In this document: one piece after another, positions 40,669 through 49,591 of the stretch
Position numbering within the stretch: position 1 is the stretch's first letter
How the letters are laid out: the number at the start of each line of letters is the position of its first letter
Program-made: the position numbers and the translations under genes
Notes under the pieces: model-generated
Told to the model about the DNA's origin: nothing
The model's input: only the letters and a program-made list of their open reading frames with translations
The model's database searches: none
DNA from: Bacillales bacterium UBA7581
GTDB taxonomy: Bacteria > Bacillota_I > Bacilli_A > RFN20 > CAG-826
Direction: 5' to 3'
Assembly (NCBI GenBank): GCA_002477825.1
Contig: DLKT01000060.1
Location: 16,616 to 80,615 of the forward strand
Length of the DNA stretch: 64,000 nt

Positions 40669-42480
40669 TTAGTTACTTTCTATTTCTTTAAAATCAAAGT
40701 TTTTAACAGTACCTTTTGCGTGATTAGCACCAATCATGATTAAGTATTTTCCGGTGTAGTTAATCTTTAATACTTTTTCATTGTTGTTTGCGTCAAAGAA
40801 CGTATATTCTGTACCATTTAAATAAACTTTAAAAGTCGATGAAATGCTACCTACAGTTCTTTCAATTTTCACATGAACGGTTGTTAAATCTTTGGTTAAA
40901 GATTCAAATTTTGAAGAATTGTAACTGGCATTTGCAATCGTGCCATAAGAGAATTGAGAATCATAATTCCAAGTTCTAAAATGGAAAGATTGTTCGTCTA
41001 CCATAATGGAATCGCACACAACAGGGCTATCGGTGTCATATCTTCTTAAAGCCACACCTAACATTGAATTGATATCATCAGCAAAGTTTTCATAACCTTC
41101 GACATCAAATTCGATGGTAAAGTTACCGCCAATCATGCCTTTATCGCCATAGGTTTTTACACATTGATCACGGAAACGATAATTTTCTTCGTTTGCATAG
41201 ATGTTATTAAATTTGAATTCTGTGTTGCTCACTACCGTGACTTGACCAGTTGAAGTACCACTATTAAAGAATTTTTTATCTAAATCCGCTGATTGAAGCA
41301 TGGTATTTAAAGTTGCCTCATCATTTACATATTTCGCTTCGCTAGCGGTAAAGGAGGTATCTTTAGATAAAACAACAGGTAAAGTTCCCATATCGTTAAA
41401 ACGATTGTTGGATTCATACCAATAAAGAGAGCCATTAATGGTGTAATAGTAATTATTACCATCTCTTAAAATACCCATGGTAAGATTGGTTGGATCCATA
41501 TCACGAATACCATTGACTTGCCAAATCATTGAACGAGAGGCCGCAGCACCCCAGGTGTTTGGGAAATCCATCATTACGGTCTTTTGTCCTTCTTTAGGTG
41601 AGAAATAGAAGCCTCTTGTATCATTATCATTAGAGCCACTTCCAATACCCACTCTCGTCCAAGCATCCGTAGTGGATGCTAAGATGTTGAAGGTTACTTC
41701 AGCATAATATTTAGTGGATGGTGATGCATTAAACCATGCCATAGCGGCTGGGTTATCACCTTCAATTAATGTATTTTTGGTTTGAATATAAGCTTCTTTA
41801 TCCGCTTGGTGAGAATAGTCCATGTTATCGGCATATCCACCTTTGTTAGTAAAGAACATTCCTTTTTTCACTTCATAAGTTTTCTTATCAGAAATGGTTG
41901 AATCCGAAATTGAAGTGACGGTAATTTCTACTTCGCCTGCTTTTAAGAAAGAGATTTTTCCATTTGCATCAACGGTCGCTACCGTTTCATCTGATGACTT
42001 GTAGGTTAAACGTGGATCGGCGCTTTCAGGAGTTAAAGTAACACTTAGAGTAGCGTCTTCTCCAACCCAACCTAAGCCATTTCCTTCTCCGTTAATTTTT
42101 ACACTAGTCGGTCTATTAGCAGCAATAACTGTAACTTCTACTGAAGTGTAAATGGAAGGATCAGCAGCTAAAGCAATTTTAATCTCCGCTTTTCCTTCAC
42201 TAATACCGGTTACTCTTCCACCTTCAACTGTGGCAATAGCTTCATTTGAGCTAGACCAAACCACGTCACGTTTAGCAGTACCTGAAACAAGTACACGAAT
42301 CGTAATGGTATTTCCTACCGATACTTCTTTGATGGTTGAAGTAACTTTGATTTGGATATTACTTGGTGCTTCTGTAGTTACTGACATGCTTGTACTTGCA
42401 TCCTGATGATTGCAAGCAGCCAAAGTTGTACAGGTACAAAGTAATAATGGAAATAATAGTAAACATTTCTTTATTTTCAT
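40669..42480 (-). CDS. Surface lipoprotein, paralogue of 38564-40657
   Basis: Lipobox TLAACNHQDAS. SSDETVATVDANGKISFLKAGEVEITV. TRVGIGSGSNDNDTRGFYFSPKEGQKTVMMDFPNTWGAAASRSMIWQVNGIRDMDPTNLTMGILRDGNNYYYTI. Confidence 0.6.
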   Translation of the reverse strand: MKIKKCLLLFPLLLCTCTTLAACNHQDASTSMSVTTEAPSNIQIKVTSTIKEVSVGNTITIRVLVSGTAKRDVVWSSSNEAIATVEGGRVTGISEGKAEIKIALAADPSIYTSVEVTVIAANRPTSVKINGEGNGLGWVGEDATLSVTLTPESADPRLTYKSSDETVATVDANGKISFLKAGEVEITVTSISDSTISDKKTYEVKKGMFFTNKGGYADNMDYSHQADKEAYIQTKNTLIEGDNPAAMAWFNASPSTKYYAEVTFNILASTTDAWTRVGIGSGSNDNDTRGFYFSPKEGQKTVMMDFPNTWGAAASRSMIWQVNGIRDMDPTNLTMGILRDGNNYYYTINGSLYWYESNNRFNDMGTLPVVLSKDTSFTASEAKYVNDEATLNTMLQSADLDKKFFNSGTSTGQVTVVSNTEFKFNNIYANEENYRFRDQCVKTYGDKGMIGGNFTIEFDVEGYENFADDINSMLGVALRRYDTDSPVVCDSIMVDEQSFHFRTWNYDSQFSYGTIANASYNSSKFESLTKDLTTVHVKIERTVGSISSTFKVYLNGTEYTFFDANNNEKVLKINYTGKYLIMIGANHAKGTVKNFDFKEIESN

Positions 42481-42528
42481 TGAATTTTTCCTTCCCGCGG
42501 TAATTAAGAAACCGCTTTCTTTAATTGG

Positions 42529-42557
42529 ATATTAACATACTTTAACGTTAAAGTAAA
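42529..42557 (-). promoter_or_regulatory. Putative sigma-A promoter of the locus-2 operon (-35 TTTACT, 17-bp spacer, -10 TAATAT in minus sense) with operator 1 in its spacer
   Basis: Minus-sense TTTACT-N17-TAATAT. The 16-bp palindrome at 42539-42554 sits between the -35 and -10 hexamers. Confidence 0.35.
42539..42554. promoter_or_regulatory. LacI-type operator 1: perfect 16-bp palindrome ACTTTAACGTTAAAGT
   Basis: Exact reverse-complement symmetry with a central CG. Lies in the divergent intergenic region between the LacI gene 42735-43712 and the operon starting at 42480. Confidence 0.6.
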
Positions 42558-42583
42558 TATTTTTCATTGCATTTTTTTAAAAA

Positions 42584-42599
42584 AGTTTATCGTTAAAGT
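42584..42599. promoter_or_regulatory. LacI-type operator 2: AGTTTATCGTTAAAGT (14 of 16 positions match operator 1)
   Basis: Shares the right half-site CGTTAAAGT with operator 1. Centre-to-centre spacing is 45 bp. Confidence 0.5.
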
Positions 42600-42639
42600 A
42601 CACATCATTTTAGCATGTATTTTAATCATTCTGCGAAAA

Positions 42640-42668
42640 TTGACATATTTTACCATCTATGATATTAT
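42640..42668 (+). promoter_or_regulatory. Sigma-A promoter of the LacI regulator gene (TTGACA-N17-TATTAT with TG extension)
   Basis: Consensus -35 TTGACA (42640-42645), 17-bp spacer, TGATATTAT with -10 at 42663-42668. About 66 bp upstream of the ATG at 42735. Confidence 0.55.
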
Positions 42669-42734
42669 GTAAAAAATAAATAGTAATTCTATTAGCAAAT
42701 TATATTTTATACATTCAGTAAAGTTGGTGGAAAA

Positions 42735-43712
42735 ATGCAACAAAAAAAGAATATTACATTAAAAGATATTGCTTTAAGAGCAGGTATATCGATTAATGCT
42801 GTTTCAAGAGCGTTAAGAGATTCACCTGACATTTCTGAACCAACAAAAGAAAGAGTGCGAAAAATCGCTACGGAATTAGGTTATGTACCCGATAGTGTGG
42901 CCCGTAGTTTAAAAAATGACAATTCTAAAATTGTCGCTCTTGTATATAACGACTTCTATAATCCTTATTTCGCTATTTATTGTGAAAAGGTTTTTCACTA
43001 CATCAAAGAAAAAGGTTACAAATGTAACCTTATTTATTCTGACACGAACCTTATGACCATGAATGATATTGAAAATATCATGATCAATCGTTATTGTGGT
43101 GTTATTTCTTTTGTGGAACCCACCACTGATGTTGCTCTCTTCTTTAAAAAAAGAGAAATTCCTTTTTGCTTAGTTGGTATTAATTCTAACGTTGAATATA
43201 TTGATTGTGTTTATACCGATGATATTGATGGTGGCAGACAAGTGGGAAATTATTTTGTTCAAAATGAGTTCACTAAAGCTCTTTATCTAACAAATAGTAT
43301 TTCGGAAACAAGCTTCCGAAGATTTTTAGGCTTTTCTGAAGTCGTTAATGCATCAAATAAACCCTTTAGTTTCATTCCATATCAATACCAAAAAGATTTC
43401 ATTCAAATTGCTTATAAAAAAATCGTTTCCGAAGATATCGATTTCGTCTTCTGCTTTTCTGATTCGTTAGCAATTGAACTTATCAGTTATTTAAAACAAA
43501 AAAGAATGAAAAAGAAAATTAAAATTATTGGATACGATGATATTCATCAATTCTATCCTATTTTTAAAAATGTCGATTCTGTTAGAACAGACACGGAAGA
43601 AATTGTACATTTTGCCTGCGATCTTATTATTGATAAAGTGACGCAAGAAAAAAATATTAATGAATATTTCACTAAAATGTTTCCAACATACCTTCACATT
43701 ATTAAAGAATAA
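42735..43712 (+). CDS. LacI family transcriptional regulator (divergent from the locus-2 operon)
   Basis: HTH IALRAGISINAVSRALRDSPDISEPTKERVRKIATELGYVPDSVARSL plus a sugar-binding core. Confidence 0.85.
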   Translation: MQQKKNITLKDIALRAGISINAVSRALRDSPDISEPTKERVRKIATELGYVPDSVARSLKNDNSKIVALVYNDFYNPYFAIYCEKVFHYIKEKGYKCNLIYSDTNLMTMNDIENIMINRYCGVISFVEPTTDVALFFKKREIPFCLVGINSNVEYIDCVYTDDIDGGRQVGNYFVQNEFTKALYLTNSISETSFRRFLGFSEVVNASNKPFSFIPYQYQKDFIQIAYKKIVSEDIDFVFCFSDSLAIELISYLKQKRMKKKIKIIGYDDIHQFYPIFKNVDSVRTDTEEIVHFACDLIIDKVTQEKNINEYFTKMFPTYLHIIKE

Positions 43713-43873
43713 ACAAAATCTTATTACTAGTATTTCATAATTTTCTCTATAGTTCATTTTCTGAAAGCTCTATAAAGAAGTCTACAGTATTATTATAGAT
43801 TGTTTTAATCATGCCGTTTTTAATCTTATAAGCAAAAATTTCAAATCAATATTTTATGTTCATAATTTAATTT

Positions 43874-43966
43874 TTTAATAAATTCGGAGCGACTTTTCAA
43901 TGAAAATGCAACAAATTCGGAGCGACTTTTTTAGCAAAAAGCAACAATTTCAGGGTGACTTTTAAA
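43874..43966. repeat. Three tandem about 33-bp direct repeats (GCAACAAATTCGGAGCGACTTTT units) in an AT-rich 720-bp non-coding gap
   Basis: AATTCGGAGCGACTTTT at 43881-43897 and 43914-43930. Degenerate third unit AATTTCAGGGTGACTTTT at 43946-43963. Confidence 0.6.
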
Positions 43967-44435
43967 AGCCATCTCTAGAAATCTAAGAATGTTTATAATA
44001 AAATCTATGTCAAAAACTTTCATAAAAAGCCAGCTTTTCCGCTATTTTGTTCAAACATCAAGCAAGATTTTAATTCATTTTTATCATCACTTTTTGTTTT
44101 GCCTAATACCTATAAACATGAGTTCTTTCTTTATCATCATTATATTCGCTTCTCTAAATACAATTAAATTGGATTTTATGGAGTATTTCAATGTAACTTT
44201 AAGTACTATATATGAAATTTATTTTTTAGAAAAAAATAGATTCCTAGCATTTTTAGATGCCTTAAATTCATTATATGTTTATATTGTATTTGCATTTTTT
44301 TACAACTAAAGCATACTTCTACTCTATACGCATAATTTATATGTTAGAATCTTCAAAATATTAGCTTATTAAAATTTCTCATAATTTAAAAATAAAGGGG
44401 AAGATTATTTGTTAATCTTTTTTTAAAAAACTTTA

Positions 44436-45269
44436 TTAAAGCATCACTTCAAGTATATGCTTAATGGAAACAATCACTTCGTCAAAAGAAATATTTCTTG
44501 CAAAGCTCATCTTTTTTGCATATGTTTCCCATCTTTTTTTCTGTGTTACATTTGATTCAATAGATTTTAGGATTTTCATTGCTTTTTCTCTATCAATTTC
44601 AAATCTACGATTTTGGCAAGTTTCTCTAAATGCCTCTTTTAATGATTCATCATTTTTCTTTACAAATCTTTCTAAAACGTAAATATCGTATAAATCCTTT
44701 GTTCTGCTATTTAAAATTCCCTTTAGCAAAAAAGTTTGCATTTTTTCAGCTATCACACTTTCGACTGAATAAGTTTTTAAATGAATAGTTTCTCCTGTGA
44801 CCAAGCATTGATATTCGTAATCACAGTCTTTTGGATAAACAGTATCAGCAGCGGCTAAATCAATGTCGAAACGTTGTTTAACATTCTCTAATCTTCCTTC
44901 AATACTAACACTAAACCCACCATAGATATCGTCTTTTTTAATTTCTGAATCACCCATATATTGAAAAATAACATTATCATCTGCGCTCTCCTGACAAATT
45001 TCCTTCATGATGTCAATAACGGAGTCGTGATCCATATGTATTTTTCTCAAGACGAAATCAATATCCATCGTAGATCTATTCTCAATACCAAGCATAGACG
45101 AAAGGAACAATCCTCCCTTAAGTACAAATTTTTCTGCATAAGGAGAAAAGGAAAGTCGCTTTAGAAAGCAGTCAAAAAAATATCTTGAGTAGACGACATT
45201 TATACCTATTCCTTTCTCTTTGGCAATGCTTTTTGCTTTCATAGAAAGCGAATCCTTGTTAATTTTCAT
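44436..45269 (-). CDS. AbiEii/AbiGii-family nucleotidyltransferase toxin (type IV TA / abortive infection)
   Basis: N-terminal NTase signature FVLKGGLFLSSMLGIENRSTMDIDFVL (GG...DxD). About 277 aa. Overlaps the upstream AbiEi gene by 11 bp. RBS GGAGG. Confidence 0.7.
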   Translation of the reverse strand: MKINKDSLSMKAKSIAKEKGIGINVVYSRYFFDCFLKRLSFSPYAEKFVLKGGLFLSSMLGIENRSTMDIDFVLRKIHMDHDSVIDIMKEICQESADDNVIFQYMGDSEIKKDDIYGGFSVSIEGRLENVKQRFDIDLAAADTVYPKDCDYEYQCLVTGETIHLKTYSVESVIAEKMQTFLLKGILNSRTKDLYDIYVLERFVKKNDESLKEAFRETCQNRRFEIDREKAMKILKSIESNVTQKKRWETYAKKMSFARNISFDEVIVSIKHILEVML

Positions 45270-45873
45270 AATTCATAGCCTCCAAAACTTGATATACTTT
45301 CTCTTCTATCTTTCTCATTTTTGCATATTCAAAGAGAAAATCCATGTCTTTATCTTTTTTCCTTAAAAATGTTTTTATAGCCTTAAGAAATAATTCAGAA
45401 TCGTATTCATTTCTTTTCCATATCATCTCAACAATCATTTTTTCTTTGGAAAAGCAACAAACTTTATTTCCAAACATCGTTTTTACCATAATGTTTCCTT
45501 TTTGAAAAAGATGAACTTTGTTTTCAATATGACAAATCGCACTCAAATCATTTTTTCCTTTTCTAATTCGATAGTTTTTTGGTATGGTAAACTCAATTAA
45601 ATCTGGTATCCTATCAGTTAAGCCTAGAAGATAAAGAGCGGTCATCCCAGAGTAAACAATTTTTGGATATCTCTTTTGGAGCTGAAAAAGATCATCTATC
45701 AACGTGGCATCTGTTGCATAAACGCCCGGTCTAATTTTGATTAATTTGTTACATTGAACATATCTAGCAAACGTCGCAGGAGGTATTCCATTTGCAATTG
45801 CGTCTTTTCTAGATATAGATCCATCGCCTTGTTTTGTCATTCTTTCAATAATTTCATTGTAGCTTTGATTCAT
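45259..45873 (-). CDS. AbiEi-family antitoxin / transcriptional regulator
   Basis: N-terminal winged-helix SISRKDAIANGIPPATFARYVQCNKLIKIRPGVY (the RPGVY motif typical of AbiEi). The track ORF extends to a TTG at 45891. The ATG at 45873 is the preferred start. Confidence 0.65.
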   Translation of the reverse strand: MNQSYNEIIERMTKQGDGSISRKDAIANGIPPATFARYVQCNKLIKIRPGVYATDATLIDDLFQLQKRYPKIVYSGMTALYLLGLTDRIPDLIEFTIPKNYRIRKGKNDLSAICHIENKVHLFQKGNIMVKTMFGNKVCCFSKEKMIVEMIWKRNEYDSELFLKAIKTFLRKKDKDMDFLFEYAKMRKIEEKVYQVLEAMNYEN

Positions 45874-46085
45874 TGGTATCACCACTTTCAATAATTAGTG
45901 TAACAAATGTATCAAAGATTATCAAATGTTTGCTTGGATTTCTATCAAAAATTTAAGGTTAGAATAATGAATACTTTTACCATTTGGACTTAAGATTAGT
46001 CAAGAATATTTTAATTTTCTCATTGAATATACTCTTAACCTATTTTTATATACGAATTAAATTTCATTTTTCCTAGTTTTCACAA

Positions 46086-46131
46086 AGAAAAAATGGATTT
46101 CTAATATTTTTAGATGTCAGAAATCCATTAT
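46086..46131 (-). terminator. Rho-independent terminator downstream of the rlmD-like gene
   Basis: AATGGATTTCT-N17-AGAAATCCATT hairpin followed by a U-run in minus sense. Confidence 0.55.
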
Positions 46132-46148
46132 ACATTTATATTTTAATA

Positions 46149-47525
46149 TTATTTTCCGTTAATTTTACGAGTAAGTAAGACTATGGTTTCCACATGGTAC
46201 GTCATGGGAAACATATCAACAGGTTGTACTTTTTCAATTTGATAATGTGTAGATAAATATTTAACATCTCTAGCTAAAGTAGATGGATCACAAGAAACAT
46301 ATACCACTTTTCTTGGTTTTAGAGTCAACACGGATGATAAGAACTTTTCATCTGATCCTTTACGAGGTGGATCCATAAATAAAACATCTACTTTACCTTT
46401 ATTTTTAGCGTAATTTACAATCCATTCACTTGCGTCACCTACATAAAAAGTTTCGTTTTGAATATTGTTTCTAATTGCATTCTTTTTTGCATCAGAAATG
46501 GCTTCTTTTACGATTTCTATGCCTATGACTTGTTTAGCGTAGCGTGCTGCAATTAAGCCAATCGTGCCAATTCCGCAGTAACAGTCTAAGACTATTTCTT
46601 TTTTACTTAGCCCCGCAAATTGAATAGCGGTTTGATATAAAACTTCCGTTTGCACCGGGTTAACTTGATAGAAAGATTTAGAAGAGATTTGAAACCACAC
46701 ACCACAAAGAGCGTCTTCTATATAGCCTTTACCAAAAAGGATTCTTTCTTTTTCACCTAGAATTACATTCGTATCCCGTGTGTTGATGTTTTGGACGATG
46801 GTCGTAATGGATGGGCACGCTAAATGGAGGGCTTTTACAAATTCTCCTCTTCCACCAAATACATCTTGAGCGGTCACAAGAACCACCATTAATTGTTTCT
46901 TTTCTTTGGATGTACGGATTAAAATATGACGAATAATACCTTTTCTGGTATCTTCATCATAAGGAAGTATTTTAAATTTTTTCATTAATTCACGAATCGT
47001 TTTTAAAACTTCTTCCGCTTTTTCATTTTCAATATAGCAAGTTTCAATAGGAACAATTTCATGAGTTTTTTCTTTATAAAAACCTGTAATAATTCTACCA
47101 GTTTGACTTAAACCTACCGGCATTTGAATTTTATTACGGTAATAGTAAGGATTCTCCATCCCTAAGCATGGGAGAACTTTTACTTTCATATTCCCAATTT
47201 TACGGAAAGCTTCTTCTACTTTATGCGTTTTAAATTCAAGTTGAGCAGCATAATCTAGTTGTTGAAAAGAACAGCCTCCACAAGTAGTGCATACTTTACA
47301 CTTTGGCTCAATTCTAGAAGGAGATTTCGAAAGAAGTTTAATGATTTTACCTATGTAGAACTCGCTTCTTTCATAGGTTAATCGTATAATGGCTTTTTCG
47401 TTTAAAAAGAAACCGTTAACGAAAACAACTTTTCCTTGATAGTGCGTAACGCCTTTACCATCATAGGAATAGTCTTCGCATATCGCTTCAAATTCTCCTA
47501 AATTCTTTTCCACTTTCTTCTTCAT
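46149..47525 (-). CDS. rlmD: 23S rRNA (uracil-C5)-methyltransferase, RlmD/RumA family (TRAM domain, 4Fe-4S cluster, SAM-dependent methyltransferase)
   Basis: Cys cluster CKVCTTCGGCSFQQ. SAM motif LDCYCGIGTIG. DPPRKG block. C-terminal catalytic Cys region. Confidence 0.8.
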   Translation of the reverse strand: MKKKVEKNLGEFEAICEDYSYDGKGVTHYQGKVVFVNGFFLNEKAIIRLTYERSEFYIGKIIKLLSKSPSRIEPKCKVCTTCGGCSFQQLDYAAQLEFKTHKVEEAFRKIGNMKVKVLPCLGMENPYYYRNKIQMPVGLSQTGRIITGFYKEKTHEIVPIETCYIENEKAEEVLKTIRELMKKFKILPYDEDTRKGIIRHILIRTSKEKKQLMVVLVTAQDVFGGRGEFVKALHLACPSITTIVQNINTRDTNVILGEKERILFGKGYIEDALCGVWFQISSKSFYQVNPVQTEVLYQTAIQFAGLSKKEIVLDCYCGIGTIGLIAARYAKQVIGIEIVKEAISDAKKNAIRNNIQNETFYVGDASEWIVNYAKNKGKVDVLFMDPPRKGSDEKFLSSVLTLKPRKVVYVSCDPSTLARDVKYLSTHYQIEKVQPVDMFPMTYHVETIVLLTRKINGK

Positions 47526-47544
47526 GTTTTTCTCCTAAAATCTC

Positions 47545-47575
47545 AAAAAGTCCCGTATATGCGGGACTTATTTTT
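47545..47575 (-). terminator. Hairpin plus U-run between metG and rlmD (possible partial terminator or attenuator)
   Basis: AGTCCCG-TATATG-CGGGACT with a T-run in minus sense. Only about 22 bp from the rlmD RBS, so read-through is likely. Confidence 0.4.
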
Positions 47576-49161
47576 TATTTCTTTTGCATTAATGATGCGA
47601 TAAAATCTACTTCCACTTTCGCGTCTAAGCGTGGGAATAATGGATTTCCTTTGGTTACATCCACATCACCTAAAACACCAAAGGTACGAATGCTTTCATA
47701 ATTTTGTAAGCTTTCTGGCACACCTAATTGTCTAAATAATTCTTTTGGTGCATGGGTTAATACCGGTTGAAGTAACACGCCAGAAATATATAAGACGTTG
47801 GCTAAGTGCGACATTACACTCTTAAGTTCTTCTACTTTGGTTTCATCTTTTGCTAAAGCCCAAGGTGTTGTTTCATCAATGTATTTATTTGCGCGAGAAA
47901 TTAAATTCATCACCGCAATAAAGGCATCGGTAATCTTTAAGTCATCAAAAGCTTTTTCATATTGTTCAATGGTTAACATCGCCATAGCTCTTAATTCTTT
48001 ATCTTGAGGATTCACATCACCAGGATAAGCTGGAATATGGCCGTTAAAATATTTAATCATCATACCAATCGTACGATTTAAAAGGTTACCAAAGTCATTG
48101 ACTAAATCGGTATTAATACGATTAACGAAATCTTCAGGAGTAAAGCGACCATCACTACCAAAGATGGTTTCTCTTACTAAATAATAACGGACCGCGTCTA
48201 ATCCATATCTTTCAATTAATGGATAAGGACTTACTACGTTACCTTTCGATTTCGACATTTTTCCATCTTTCATCATTAATAAACCATGGACGAAGATACG
48301 ATCAGGTAAAGGTAAATCTAACGCCATTAAAATAATTGGCCAATAAATGGTATGGAAACGCGTAATATCATTACCGATAACATGAATGATTTCTGTGTCT
48401 TTATTCCAGTATTTATCAAATAAAGAAGTATCATCAGAATCATAACCTAAAGCAGAAATATAATTTAACAAAGCATCAATCCAAACATAGATAACATGAC
48501 GGGGGTCTTCTCTAACAGGAATTCCCCAGGTAAAGGTAGTTCTCGTGATACATAAATCTTCTAAGCCCGGTTTAATGAAGGTATTAATCATTTCATTCTT
48601 ACGAGATTCTGGAGTAATGAACTCAGGGTGAGCGTCATAGAACGCTAATAAGCGGTCCACATATTTTCCAACACGTAAGAAATAGGCTTGTTCTTTGGCT
48701 TTATAAACCGGACGTCCACAGTCTGGGCAAATATGATCTTCGCCTACTTGGGTATCGGTCCAGAAAGATTCACAAGGGGTACAATACCAACCTTCATATT
48801 CTCCTAGATAAATGTCACCTTGTTTTAATAAACGAGAGAAAACATCTTGAACGACTTTAATATGACGGGCTTCTGTCGTACGAATATAATCATCATTAGA
48901 AATTTCTAAAGCATCCCATAATTGATGGAAGCCTTTGACGATTTCATCAACGAATTCTTGTTCTGTTTTATTAGCTAAAATGGCGTTCTTTTGAATTTTT
49001 TCACCATGTTCATCTGAACCAGTTAAAAAATAGGTATCAAAACCACGCATTCTTCTATAGCGAGCATAGGTATCGCACATTACTGTGCAATAAGCGTGTC
49101 CAATATGCAAATTTGCGCTTGGATAATAGATTGGGGTTGTAATGTAATATCTCTTTTTCAT
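47575..49161 (-). CDS. metG: Methionine--tRNA ligase
   Basis: HIGH motif (PSANLHIGHAY), KMSKS motif (KMSKSKGN) and Zn-knuckle cysteines. The ORF in the track starts 14 codons earlier. The ATG at 49161 is preferred because of the RBS AGAGGG. Confidence 0.9.
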   Translation of the reverse strand: MKKRYYITTPIYYPSANLHIGHAYCTVMCDTYARYRRMRGFDTYFLTGSDEHGEKIQKNAILANKTEQEFVDEIVKGFHQLWDALEISNDDYIRTTEARHIKVVQDVFSRLLKQGDIYLGEYEGWYCTPCESFWTDTQVGEDHICPDCGRPVYKAKEQAYFLRVGKYVDRLLAFYDAHPEFITPESRKNEMINTFIKPGLEDLCITRTTFTWGIPVREDPRHVIYVWIDALLNYISALGYDSDDTSLFDKYWNKDTEIIHVIGNDITRFHTIYWPIILMALDLPLPDRIFVHGLLMMKDGKMSKSKGNVVSPYPLIERYGLDAVRYYLVRETIFGSDGRFTPEDFVNRINTDLVNDFGNLLNRTIGMMIKYFNGHIPAYPGDVNPQDKELRAMAMLTIEQYEKAFDDLKITDAFIAVMNLISRANKYIDETTPWALAKDETKVEELKSVMSHLANVLYISGVLLQPVLTHAPKELFRQLGVPESLQNYESIRTFGVLGDVDVTKGNPLFPRLDAKVEVDFIASLMQKK

Positions 49162-49236
49162 AGCAATATTCCCTCTTTCTTCTAATAAAAAACCGCTACC
49201 CAAAACGAGATAACGGTTTTAAATACAAAATTCTTC

Positions 49237-49443
49237 TTATTTGCCAAGTCCGTATTTTTTGTTGAATTTATCAACACGGCCATCTGCTTGGGTAAAGCGT
49301 TGTTTTCCCGTATAGAAAGGATGGCAATTCGAACATGTGTCAACACGAATTTCTTCTAATGTAGAACCGGTTTCGAATGTGTTACCACAGGATACGCAGG
49401 TCACTTTGCATCTGTGATATGTTGGGTGAATTCCTTTTTTCAT
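49237..49443 (-). CDS. rpmE: 50S ribosomal protein L31 (type A, Zn-ribbon)
   Basis: [28 protein letters not shown]...[12 protein letters not shown]. 68 aa. Confidence 0.9.
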   Translation of the reverse strand: MKKGIHPTYHRCKVTCVSCGNTFETGSTLEEIRVDTCSNCHPFYTGKQRFTQADGRVDKFNKKYGLGK

Positions 49444-49591
49444 TTTTCATTTCTCCTTCCGCCTTAAGCTTCTATGCGAGCTTAAAGAAAGTTTCGCTTA
49501 GTTATATTATCATTTTATTTTCGATTTAGCAACCTTTTTCTAAAAGAAAAAAGGATTACTATTTTTTTTGATTCTTGTCCCGAAACAAGTT

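Noticed and set aside
43874-43966. Possible CRISPR array
   Set aside because: Only three degenerate about 33-bp units with about 10-bp pseudo-spacers and no cas genes anywhere in the window. Classified as simple tandem repeats.
43989-44309. 106-aa ORF in the AT-rich gap upstream of the AbiE pair
   Set aside because: Extremely hydrophobic and low-complexity (runs of F/I/L) with no RBS. Typical of random ORFs in 80% AT DNA. Not called as a gene.
49195-49232. Strong terminator between rpmE and metG
   Set aside because: The AAAACCG...CGGTTTT stem has an 18-nt loop and weak stability. Probably allows read-through, so not listed as a confident feature.
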